A stretch of DNA of 63,460 nucleotides, filler included, from Intoshia linei (taxonomy: Eukaryota > Animalia > Orthonectida), in NCBI GenBank assembly GCA_001642005.1. It is 8 parts of 8 records of this genome, joined end to end, with 100 filler letters (N's around TTAATTAATTAA, not from the genome) between each part and the next. Parts side by side here need not be neighbours in the genome. Positions count along the whole stretch, not along the records: positions 1 to 2,612 come from LWCA01002270.1; positions 2,713 to 19,750 come from LWCA01000825.1; 6 more parts are not named here. The stretch is one strand, 5' to 3'. Within the stretch, counting starts at the first letter, position 1. Each line of letters opens with the position of its first letter. The notes below the pieces were generated by a model, which did not search any database, had not been told where the DNA came from, and saw only the letters and a program-made list of their open reading frames with translations. A program made the translations under genes and the position numbers. This document shows positions 1 through 10,422 of this stretch, piece after piece.

Positions 1-707
1 AATCCCATATTAGGATTGGACTTCTTGACATACTACAAAATCCAATTCGCTTACGCATAAACTATTCAAACTCATCAGTGTCTTTTATTAAAAACATTGT
101 TACCAAATAGTATTGACTCATGTGAACCGTATTTAAATGGTAAAATTGATATCGATATGGCTTATTTAAATCAATAATTTAAATCAATTGTTAATAAATA
201 CCAACACATATTATCACGGAAACCGGGGCGTTCCAAAAGCTATGTCCATGATATTCGTATAAAAAATGATTGTAAACCGATAGTTGGTCATTGTTATTCA
301 TCACCCACACATAAACGAAATGAAGTAGCCTTACAAGTTAAGGAAATGTTAAAATCTGGAATTATAGAAACGACCACTAGTCCATATCGATCTTCATGTT
401 TATTAGTGAAAAAGAAAGATGGCTCGGATATATTTTGTGTGGATTACCGTAAACTCAATACAATCAGTGAACAAGATACATATCCAGTACCCCGACAAAA
501 TGTTATTTTTGATTCTTTGAAAGGAAATAAATATTATTCAACATTTGATCTGTGTTAGGGTTTCTGGCAAGTTCCTTTGTCCAACAATGCCAGAGAAAAA
601 ACCGCTTTCTCTGTTGGTCCACGAGGTACATTATACCAATTTAAAGTCATGCCTTTTGGTTTAAAAAATGGACCCACCACCTTTCAACGCAGGATGGACG
701 TGGTTTG
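1..707 (+). mobile_element. Ty3/Gypsy LTR-retrotransposon pol relic (protease end plus RT N-terminal half), pseudogenised
   Basis: One frame reads ILGLDFL (protease), then VKEMLKSGII..SPYRSSCLLVKKKDGS..FCVDYRKLN..YPVPR..STFDLC*GFWQVPL..EKTAF..YQFKVMPFGLKNGPTTFQRRMD. It has in-frame stops and ends before the YxDD motif. Confidence 0.92.
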
Positions 708-924
708 AACATCAGGCCCAAATTTCTCATTGAGAAGGAAAAATAAATTTCTATATTAAAAAATTTTTGATTATGCTTTTAGGTGCCGCGATTTTTTGAA
801 ATTTCATATGGGTTCCGCGCAGTAAAAAAGGTTGAGAAACACTGGGTTAGGGTGTTCCAAAATTTTATAAATCAGCAAATTTTCAGCAACCATTGAGATA
901 AATTTTACTGTATCTATATTAAAT

Positions 925-1159
925 GTATGTTAACAAAACAAATTAAGATGGAATAATTTACTTTAAAGTAAAAAGTAATGTGATATGACGGTTCACCTGA
1001 AACAAACTTCATTAAAGGATTAATAATAGTGAATAGTAGGATTTTTAAGTTAGATTTTCAACATGAATTTATTTTTTTGATAAAATAAAAATGTGTCTCG
1101 GCAGAGCTAGGTGCTGTTTGTACGTACAGTCATAGTGTAGTACATAACAGTCAACCTAG
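925..1159 (+). mobile_element. Non-autonomous Helitron 3' end
   Basis: Ends ...TACATAACAGTCAACCTAG|T with a subterminal hairpin-forming block. The same block recurs reverse-complemented at about 5758, 11108, 48963, 60902 and 61455. Confidence 0.75.
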
Positions 1160-1387
1160 TATTTTATAGAGATAACTATTGTAAAATTGATATCAAGTTG
1201 TGCTTAAAGTTTAACGCACATTATTTTTTATTAGTCATCAATCAATTATTATTAATTAACCATAAATTTAAAAAAATATATTTCCATGGAATTATTGTCC
1301 GATACCTTGTGAAAAAAGTCACGCTACGCCACTACCGAGTGTATATTGTACTATGTATTATTACTTTGATATTCAACTTATTTGTAG

Positions 1388-1878
1388 GATAAATGAAGAG
1401 TATACACAAGTTATTGAAAACGAACTAACAATTGTGAAAGAATTATTAAATCTCGGCGATAAAAATAAGTGTAATTTTTGATATTGCACATGCAATACTA
1501 ACCAATTACATGAATTGATAATTTTATTTATATGAAGGGATTTATATGGGTCTGATTGACCTTAAAAATGCCTTATATCTTGGAAAAGACGACTATTCTG
1601 ACGAATTTAAAATTCTTGCCGATATTGATTCTTATAGAGTAAACTGTTATAAACACATGAGTATAATTTGAATAAACTTAATCTAATAATTCCATGTAGA
1701 AATTCGTTACAATCTGTTGAAACAAATACGCACAAAACTTGATGAATTTATAGGTCCTGTTGATGATTTCTTCACCAAGATTGAATTGCATTTACCAGAT
1801 CAAAAACTTGAATTTTCAAAAATTGAATACCATCAACTATCAAAAATTTTTAATAATGTTGACGTTATTTATGATTAG
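1388..1878 (+). CDS. RABGGTA: Rab geranylgeranyltransferase alpha subunit, 3' exons (1388-1470, 1538-1660, 1700-1878; possible further exons from about 1170)
   Basis: GT-AG splicing gives VIENELTIVKELLNLGDKNKW..LADIDSYRVNCYKHMKIRY..IELHLPDQKL..*. This parallels RabGGT-alpha ELQELEPENKW..LKAVDPMRATYLDDLRSKF..VLHLAHKDL. Confidence 0.65.
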
Positions 1879-2015
1879 CAATGAATTTTGTTTGTATAAT
1901 TAAATTTATAAATTGGTTCATGTTTCACGCTACATTAATTAGAACGTGTGTTTTCCTTTGTATCAAACGCGTTAATATTTATAATTTTTTAATCCTATTA
2001 AATTATTTTAAATTC

Positions 2016-2253
2016 ATGTCTCAAGATCTAGAATGTAAGTATCTATTTTTATATGAACCATTTTATATATGTAGTATTTGAAAAAGCTTTCAATGTTTTC
2101 CGGGATAATAAAGATGAATTGATAGATATTCCATGCATTTCCAGAGTCATGGAATTGTTGGAAACTACTGCTACCGAGGCGGAAGTGCAAGGTATTTTCA
2201 GGTTATCAAAATTAATAATATTTTAGATATTATTAATCTACTCGATGATAATG
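2016..2253 (+). CDS. Calmodulin-like EF-hand protein, 5' exons (2016-2034, 2075-2191, 2227-2253); remainder absent
   Basis: Spliced MSQDLELFEKAFNVFRDNKDELIDIPCISRVMELLETTATEAEVQDIINLLDDNG aligns with calmodulin [48 protein letters not shown]. Introns are 40 and 35 nt, GT-AG. Confidence 0.75.
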
Positions 2254-2301
2254 GTATATTTATTAGAAATAATTATAACGATAAATTACCGAATTTGAAT
2301 T

Positions 2302-2612
2302 TTGCCTTTAAAATGTCAACATGTCCGAGTTTTTAGTTACAATTATAATGGTAAGGATGTTTTAAATGACAGAAAATGTCAAAGATGGTTTAAAATATTT
2401 CGAGATGAAAAATATACCCTAATGGATTTCCAACGTTCCGGTAGACCTTCAACTGTTGATATTAATCAAATAAAAAGTGAATTGAAAAAATCTCCAATTC
2501 AAACATGTCAATCGCTTTCCATTGTTACCAGCTGTTCAGAAACCAGTGCCTTTGATTTTTTGAAACGTTTAAAAAAAGTGAATAAGTCTGGAATATGGGT
2601 ACCCCACTTATT
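2302..2612 (+). mobile_element. Mariner (DD34D-type) transposase N-terminal fragment, cut by spacer
   Basis: CQRWFKIFR..DFQRSGRPS..GIWVPHL: mariner HTH region plus the WVPHEL-type linker. Confidence 0.85.
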
Positions 2613-2712
2613 NNNNNNNNNNNNNNNNNNNNNNNNNNNNNNNNNNNNNNNNNNNNTTAATTAATTAANNNNNNNNNNNNNNNNNNNNNNNNNNNNNNNN
2701 NNNNNNNNNNNN
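2613..2712. other. Artificial contig spacer (also 19751-19850, 25754-25853, 37802-37901, 49964-50063, 54603-54702, 62273-62372)
   Basis: Identical N44-TTAATTAATTAA-N44 blocks. The 12-mer places stops in all six frames. Confidence 0.95.
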
Positions 2713-2869
2713 TATTATACATCATATTTGAATATTAATTAATTCTGAGTAACCTTAACATAATTTAAATTTAAATACGAAAATTTAAATATAAATCCAT
2801 TTATATGAGTATTTAATTAATTAGTTAATTAAAATATAATAAGGCTCTAAAATTATTTCTTAGATTGCA

Positions 2870-3115
2870 TATTTTTAAAAATCATTTTGCTCGCTATATA
2901 CAGCTTCAAATAAGGCTTACTGTTATAGAATAATTTTATAGCTCAGAGAAAACGTAAAATATTGTATTTTATTAGTGAGACTTTCAATTGTTCACTTTGA
3001 ATAATCTTTCGAAATAATTTTATGAAATAGTTTGGCTTTTATTTTGTGAAATTTAAGTTTTTATGAAGTGAAAATGTTATGTAAATTTTATTATAAATGC
3101 ATAGTCTCGTAAGGG
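2870..3115. mobile_element. piggyBac-like non-autonomous element end; second copy inverted at about 17901-18148
   Basis: Terminates ...GTCTCGTAAGGG|TTAA. A reverse-complement copy begins TTAA|CCCTTACGAGAC at about 17897. Confidence 0.6.
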
Positions 3116-3601
3116 TTAAAATAATATTTAGAGGTGGCCATTATTCAAAGTCAATTTTTGAAAAATTTCGACGATAAAATTAAGGTCAATCAAAAAATTT
3201 CCAAGTACTTATTATTCTAAATCAAACATTCCAATGTGGTCCAGTGGCCCAGAGCTGTAGAGAGTAAATGTTGGAAGCAAGTCGTATGTAAACTTTAGCC
3301 GTACATAAGTTTTTAGTCATTAATTTTTGTTCTATTAAATTTTTAATCCAACGGTTTCCAAATTTATTTCTTAGTGTAACCCTTTTGTAGTAAAAAAATT
3401 TGACCACATTTCCGAGGTCGATGCGTAGTGTCATCTAGCTCATAGTAATTTATCCAAAAATTTTGACTTAATATTTTAAATTAAACTCGTTATAGTTTTG
3501 ATTAAATTAAATTAAATTTTATGTAAGCTGTTATGAATTGTTAAAAACCAGTTTATAAATTGAATATAAATATATGTAACAAATTTTTTTAAATATTGAG
3601 T

Positions 3602-5614
3602 ATGGACGATTCCGATAATAAAAATAGTGAACCTGAAAATGACCCAAATAGTAGTGCAAATATTGAAAAAATCTCAAAAAATACAATAGATGACATAAAA
3701 GAGGATGTACTATGTGATTTAGTTTGGTTGACTGGTACCGGTACATCCAACCCAATGACATCAATAATTTATGATTTACCTAATTCGTTAAAATCAAAAC
3801 CAAGAAGGAAATATTGTGATATGATTCATTTATGCTTGCTCACAATTTCTAAAAAACAAATAATAAACGATAAAGAAGTTTATGGAGTTTCATTGAGAGA
3901 TATTGTAGATTGGATAAGACAAAATTATAAATTTTTAAATGGTGTTAGTGAAGGTTACGTGATACGTAGTATTCAATATGCATTATCATTATACAGAGAA
4001 GAATATAAATGGGTTCTACACGAAGATTTAGAATTTAATTTAATGTGCGTTTGGGGTATTCAAGAGCAACCTATAGTCAATACACCAGATAAAGAATTGA
4101 AAAGAAGTATAACAAATCAAATTGATCAGTTGGACCTTAAAAAAATGAAGCAAAGTAAAATTTCAGTTCCAGGTATTCCTCCAGAATCTATTATAGATGA
4201 CGTTGCAACTTTTGGTCCAGGTATTGTAGTTTCCGTAACCGCTCACTCGTCAACATTTCTTATGTCAGAACCTAAAAAAAAGATGGCATCACGTATTACT
4301 AATATCGGCAGACCTGCAATATCATATAATACCCTGATTTTAATTTCCATTAGAAGCAAAGGAAGAAAGATTAAAAATAAACATCAAGAAATAATTGGAC
4401 TAACTTTGAATGAAATTATAATGTGGATACGGAACCAGTACCAGTTTTATAAAAAATATGGATACAACAAACTACGAACAGCCGTGAGACACATTTTAAT
4501 AACGACACCATGCTATTACACCTGGAGAATAGATGATAGTGTTGAATTCAATTTGGCACCTATATGGTCAGTGGATAACCGATATCAATTGGCAGTTATT
4601 GCTCCAAAAGAATTGTATACATTTGGTTTAAACGAAAATATGAGCCCTATAGAAATATTGGACAATTACAACGAAAATACAAATATAATAGCATCTCAAC
4701 CATCTCTAACAGCTGAAGAATGTGAATCGTGTAGTTTAGATGAAAGGATACATAAGTTATTAAAGGGGTTAAAAATTATCACAAAAGAAGAAAATGAAGC
4801 GCGTGAAATTGAACCTAAATTTGAAAGACCAAAAATGACTTATGGTGGAATGATTATACTAAGTATATTAATTAGTGGAGAAATGCATCAGCGTAATTTC
4901 AAAAAAATAAGAGCGCTTCAATTGGTGCATATATACACATGGATTAAACTCCAATATCCGTATTATCGGATATACTATGATAAAATGCAAAAGGCTGTTA
5001 GATCTACTTTAACAATTAGCCCATGTTTTTACCATTGGAAATCAGGCACTAAAGGGTCATTATATGCACGGAATGTTTGGTCTGTTGATCCAAGTAAACC
5101 GATTCCTATACTGCGAGACGAAAATTTTATTGGTTTTCAATTGTATGAAATAGAACCGACCATCAAATTGAATGAACCCAGTTTTAGTATACCTCCCGGG
5201 AAAGTTAAAACTGAAAGAATGGACTATTATCCATTGTGCAAAGAAAAACATAGCCCATTTAAAAGAAAACCTTCTGCATTAGACATAATCACAATTCCAA
5301 TTAGATCTAGATCTCAAAAACAATCTCTACGATCTTTGCTCACTTCGAGTTTACGTTCTCGTGTAACTCTTTATAAACATATTCCTCAAACCTTTGATAA
5401 AGCAGTTTTATATGAGAATGAAACTGAGTCGAAAATAAAGTGTGACATTGAAAAATCTGATATTTTCCGATCGGATAAGAATATTAATTCACACAAACCC
5501 TTATCTACTGATGCACCTATCAAACAAAGTAAGTCATATTTAGTAGAACGTGTTACTTTCAGTGACAGTGACAGTATTAATAGTAAAGTGTCTCAAATTA
5601 CTGCGAGTCAATAA
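3602..5614 (+). CDS. Intronless protein with three tandem divergent forkhead (winged-helix) domains
   Basis: 670-codon uninterrupted ORF (first ATG 3602). Three repeats match forkhead KPPYSY..LI..AI..LTL.EIY.WI...FPYY....W.NSIRHNLS...CF....W..DP at nt about 3797-4066, 4310-4579 and 4826-5092. Confidence 0.88.
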   Translation: MDDSDNKNSEPENDPNSSANIEKISKNTIDDIKEDVLCDLVWLTGTGTSNPMTSIIYDLPNSLKSKPRRKYCDMIHLCLLTISKKQIINDKEVYGVSLRDIVDWIRQNYKFLNGVSEGYVIRSIQYALSLYREEYKWVLHEDLEFNLMCVWGIQEQPIVNTPDKELKRSITNQIDQLDLKKMKQSKISVPGIPPESIIDDVATFGPGIVVSVTAHSSTFLMSEPKKKMASRITNIGRPAISYNTLILISIRSKGRKIKNKHQEIIGLTLNEIIMWIRNQYQFYKKYGYNKLRTAVRHILITTPCYYTWRIDDSVEFNLAPIWSVDNRYQLAVIAPKELYTFGLNENMSPIEILDNYNENTNIIASQPSLTAEECESCSLDERIHKLLKGLKIITKEENEAREIEPKFERPKMTYGGMIILSILISGEMHQRNFKKIRALQLVHIYTWIKLQYPYYRIYYDKMQKAVRSTLTISPCFYHWKSGTKGSLYARNVWSVDPSKPIPILRDENFIGFQLYEIEPTIKLNEPSFSIPPGKVKTERMDYYPLCKEKHSPFKRKPSALDIITIPIRSRSQKQSLRSLLTSSLRSRVTLYKHIPQTFDKAVLYENETESKIKCDIEKSDIFRSDKNINSHKPLSTDAPIKQSKSYLVERVTFSDSDSINSKVSQITASQ

Positions 5615-6494
5615 GACGATATTGTTTCTCATTTGAGTAATATTTTTTAACTTAAATATTGTCGGTTTTTGGTAAATATGGATTTTTTTGTTGGTAAAAT
5701 ATTTATTAGCGAATAGTGATGAAATCATATTTCAGTTTTATAATGAAACAAATGAAACCAGGTTGACTGTTATGTACTACGTACAAACAGCACCTAGCTC
5801 TGTTTCACTTTGAATATTTAACTTAAAAATCCTACTATTCACTATTATCACTTTTAAAAGAGTAGTTCCAACTTGTTTCAAGTGGAACCGTCATATCACA
5901 TTACTTTTTAATTTCAAGTGAATTATGCCATCTTATTTTTGTAATTAACATTGGTGTAAAGAATTAAAAAAAAAGGTATCCCATTTAATTAATTTATTAG
6001 ACAGTGTATAATATTAAAAATCAAGTAAAAACAGTCCAATTTAATTCAATTTCAATTCAATATTAATTTAATATGATGAACCATCATTGATGGTATATAT
6101 ACCGCATCTACTTTCGATGAGTAAAAAATATCACAATAAATATAAAAATGATAATAACAAAGTTGTACTTTGTAGTACTTCGTTGTTGTGGTTTTATACA
6201 AAATTTTGTACAAAGTATTTTAGATTTTTTGAAAATATATTTGAGAATCAAAAATTGCATAGCAATGAAAAAAAATCCGAAGGAATCAATTATATAGATT
6301 TCCACCTATATTTATTTATTGGAAATGTGTAGACGTTCAATTATCATTTTTTTTGAAATTGTAGGATGATTATTTACATTTTTAATTTTAATCCAACATT
6401 TGAAAAATATTGGTTGATAATACATTTAAAAATTATTTTTCACAGGGAATGCGTAGATTTCTGGGGTTGAAATTATGTTTTTATATCAAATGGA

Positions 6495-7292
6495 GGGTCT
6501 TTCGTATTTTAGAGACAATAGTTTGAAGATTTTATATAAACTTTATTGAAAAAATAAATACTGTCATAAAACCACAAAATTTAATTATAATTTATTATTT
6601 TTATTGTACTTTTTATAATGAGCATGGATATTTCGAGTTTAGTCTAAACTTTAGATGATTTTAATTTGGAAAATCTTTATATTACAACTAAAAATATTGA
6701 AGCAAGCATAACTTTTTGCTAACAATTCGGTTTTTCTTATTTTAATTGTGAATAGGTCTAATAAGTTCATGTAAGGTATGTCCATTGTGCAACCGGCAGA
6801 TGTTTTTTTCCAAAAAGGTGTGTATAGATGGTTATAAATAGAGATGTTCAGCCCCGTGTAGCAAAGTATTATCGATAAGGAAGGATATATTTTTTTAAAA
6901 AAGTTTTTATTTTAGATTTAAAATCTTATACAGATTGTTTTAATATAATGTAACCATTTAATAAGCGTATTGTAACAATTAAACATTAATTATGTATTTT
7001 TTAATTCATTGATTAATTTTCATTCCTTTTTTTGCACTTTCTTACTATTTGATTAAAAATTAAATTTATCAATATTATTTTTAGTATAAAATACAATTTT
7101 ATAACAATTGGAAATGAATTATCGATAAAATTAGAAAATACGTCAAGTGTAAATTTTTATCTTGTCTATTTGTACACTAAAACAACTTTTGCCATCACTT
7201 ATGTATATTGTTAACAAAAAAAATATATTTTATTTTTTCAATAAAGTTTATATAAAATCTTCAAACTATTGGCTCTAAAATACGAAAGACCC
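6495..7292 (+). mobile_element. Merlin DNA transposon, internally deleted
   Basis: About 65-bp TIRs starting GGGTCTTTCGTA and a perfect 8-bp TSD CAAATGGA. The internal relic reads CPLCNRQM..DGYK*RCSAPCSKVLSIRKDIFF (Merlin/IS1016 N-terminal Zn motif). Confidence 0.8.
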
Positions 7293-7709
7293 CAAATGGA
7301 ATTATTTATATCAGAATAATTTTTTTTTAATTGTAGTAGCGTTAATTTTTTAAAATTTTTTGTTTTAATAAAATATTTGAAAAAAAAATATGAATACTAA
7401 AATGCTGTTTTGACAGTGAAGTCGTCACGTATTCGAATTGAAATTTTTTGTATGTGTTAACAGGATACAAGTTGTATCATACAACTCTACCATCCGTAAT
7501 TTTTTTTAAAATATATGAGCTGTTTTCATTTTAAAGAAAAAATGTAATCTGTGGTTTTGGTTGTGAAAATTATCTTTTGTGATGTTACCAATTATGATAA
7601 TGCTTGTGGTTTTAAAAACTATCCCAGTATTTAATTTTTATAAAATTTTTGGTCATGTTTCATTTTTAAAAAAAATTGTAATTTGATGTTTTTACAATGA
7701 AGATATGCG

Positions 7710-8486
7710 TAGTTATTGTAATTTTCCGGCAAATTTCAAAAGTCGAGAACCGGGAAATTAAAAATTAAATTTCCCGGGAAAAATATAAAATTTTGATTGA
7801 TATATAATATAGAAGCATTAAAAATTTTAGAGACCTTATTTAATTTTAGAAATAAAAAGAAATTTAATTAATGAAATAACACTAATCTAGATTGAAATTT
7901 ACAGATTTAATTAGAAAAAAATTTATTTATTTTAGATTGTTGAAGAAGTGTTTCAAAACACACATAATATTGATAGATTTGTCTTTTAAACGCGTTCTAC
8001 GTTTTGTAACAAAATTAGAAACAGTAGAGAAATTTCTTTCATTTTGTGTTGACGTAAGTTGAACAGTCATAAGGGCTTCTTTTAATTTTAACAATCTTGA
8101 TGATAGCGTTCCAGTTCGTAACAACTCATAATATTTTTCAAAATAATATTGGAAAAAGAGGATAATTCCCTTAAGCGTTAGTAATTTGTGGTTAGAATAA
8201 GAGGTTTTTAAAAAAAGTATTAAAAAAAGGATATTTTACCATTAAGAGCTAAAAAATTAGATTTTTTGGAATAATGAAGTAGATTTTTTTCATAAGATTT
8301 TGTAAAATCGGATTTTTGAAAAGAATATCGGTGTAAGTCAATTTTTCCATGAGGGCTTGAAATGGTATTTTTGAAATGGTATATTTTCATAGTAATAATA
8401 AACATAAATAAAATACAGGTATGTTTAAATTTTTTTCGGGAAATCCCGGAAATTTTGTCCCGGTTTTTTTCCCGACACAATCACTA
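7710..8486 (-). mobile_element. hAT (Ac-like) deletion derivative with dimerisation-domain relic
   Basis: Termini TAGT(T/G)ATTG, 8-bp TSD GATATGCG/GGTATGCG and subterminal CCGGGA repeats. ORF 7927-8124 reads TSTQNERNFSTVSNFVTKRRTRL (hATC motif). Confidence 0.8.
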
Positions 8487-10422
8487 GGTATGCGTTTCTG
8501 AGACTGAGATTTACGAAAATGCTAATCATTTTAAAATGCGTCCCAGAATATATTTGTTTAATTAAATTTTTAGGTTAATTAATTTATTTAATAAAAGTGG
8601 CAATTGGGTTTTTGATGATAAGGGACTCAAATTGGGAAATTGAAAGATAAATATAGACACGCTCAGGAAAAAACTGTATTAGAAATGGGGTTTTTTAAAT
8701 TCTACGACAGTCAATTTTTTCAATAAATGGTAACATACATAGAAATTCAATTTTATGTAAGTAAAGGATATCCGATCATATGGATATTGGAGTTTGATCC
8801 AGGCGTATATATGCTCCAATTGAAGCTCTCTTAACCTTTTGAAATTACACTGACGCATTTCTTCACTAATTAATATACTTACAATTAACCTTTATCCTTA
8901 ATATTAATATTATCATTCCATCAAAGGTATTTTTAGGTCTTTCATGTTCAGCTTTAAGTTCACGAGGTTCGTTTTCATCTTTTGTAATAATATATACTTA
9001 TTCAAATATTATTTAACCAATGTAAGATTTTTTTTGTGCGCCGGCGTAATAATTTTTATTCAAATTTGGTCCGCCAAGGAAATTGAGACTGATGCCCCAG
9101 GTTTAGACTCTAGAGTCTTTATTTCAATAAAAAATTTTTAAAAAGTATATATGGCATATTTATTTATCAATAACATTAAAAATTGCTAATAAATTATTTA
9201 GTTGAAAGAGCCGATACATTGTCACCCAGTTTGAGAGATTACGTTGATGAAACATTACATGATTGAATATTTTACCTTGTATAAAAGAATTTTCGTTCAA
9301 TTCAAACAAATACATTTTTTTTTATTAATATATTTTAGTTATTTTACAAATGCTTCTAGAATCTATACAAAAATTTAAATATTATAAATCTGTTATTATT
9401 TATTGATATTGAGATTTCAGAAAAGTTTTTTTATGCAGTTTCTATGAATTTTCATACTCTTAAGAATCCGTTATACGACTACTCTATTATTTGGAGCTGA
9501 CGTTTGAATTATTGTGGTGATTTTTTCTGATCTTGTTATATACAATTTTGTGATACATTTTAATCTGATATGAAATTTGTCTGGGTTAATTGCGAACCAA
9601 ATTTTTAAATACGATACGTTTCTTCCACGTCTTTATAATGTTGTTTTATGTGTTTTGATCAAATAATTATATATGTTACATCTACAGGGTTTGTACTTTA
9701 TTTTTATTTACAGACGGATTGTATTTTTTAAAAAACAAGAAAATTGTGTTTTTGACCCTGAAGAATTTATTTTCGGAAGATGACTCATTGATAAAAACAG
9801 GACCTACGAAAAACTGTATTAGAAAGTATGTTTTTAAATTCTAGGACTGTTTATTTTATAAATCAATAGTATATAGTAATGGTAAATTGAATATAGCTGC
9901 AAGGTTGTTATTCCGTATTCCATGTTAGGTTTCAATCGGAAAATGAATAAAAGCAAAAAAAAAATCCCGCCTACAATCTTTTTACTAGAATGTCTCGTAT
10001 TCCGTCCTAGTATACAGTAGTCTTTGGCGACAATTAAAAATGATTATTATTTGAAGATTTTATTTTTTCATTCATATAATTTTAAATTTAAGAATATTTA
10101 TATTTCTCGAGAGCAAGCACTAAGTGCATCGGAATTTTTTTATTTATTTTTTAGTGCGCTGTGAACTAAAAATTTTGGAAATTGGGACTTAGACTATACT
10201 ATTTTAATTGGATCTATACTAATCTAATTTTTTTTTGGACTACTCTGATGTTTCATTCAATGTTAAGTTCACTATTATTTTACTATTATTAAGCTATTAT
10301 TAATATTACTGTTTCAGTTTAAGAAAAATTTTGTGTCATTACTAATGATCGTTCTATTTTAGTAAAAGCAATGTAAAAAAACCAATTATACAGAAAATTC
10401 ATTTAATACAATTAATTAATCA

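Larger units (their letters stand above)
5758..8768 (-). mobile_element. Non-autonomous Helitron copy carrying nested Merlin and hAT insertions
   Basis: Family 3' terminus (rc of CAACC(T)AG plus hairpin) at about 5758 and 5' terminus (rc A|TCCTTTACTTACATAAAA) at 8768. Internal blocks are colinear with the 11108-12149 copy once the two insertions are removed. Confidence 0.65.

Noticed and set aside
2657-2668. TTAATTAATTAA palindrome recurring seven times as a possible regulatory or recombination motif
   Set aside because: Always centred in identical N runs; it is an artificial six-frame stop linker.
3222-3434. 70-aa ORF divergent from the forkhead gene
   Set aside because: No recognisable motif or convincing splice structure; cannot be supported as a gene.
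6087-6332. Many 60-90 aa F/I/K/L-rich ORFs (e.g. 6087, 8220, 11195, 11474, 16926, 42159, 45622, 48700, 61053)
   Set aside because: They lie inside non-coding Helitron/MITE copies and reflect AT-rich chance ORFs.
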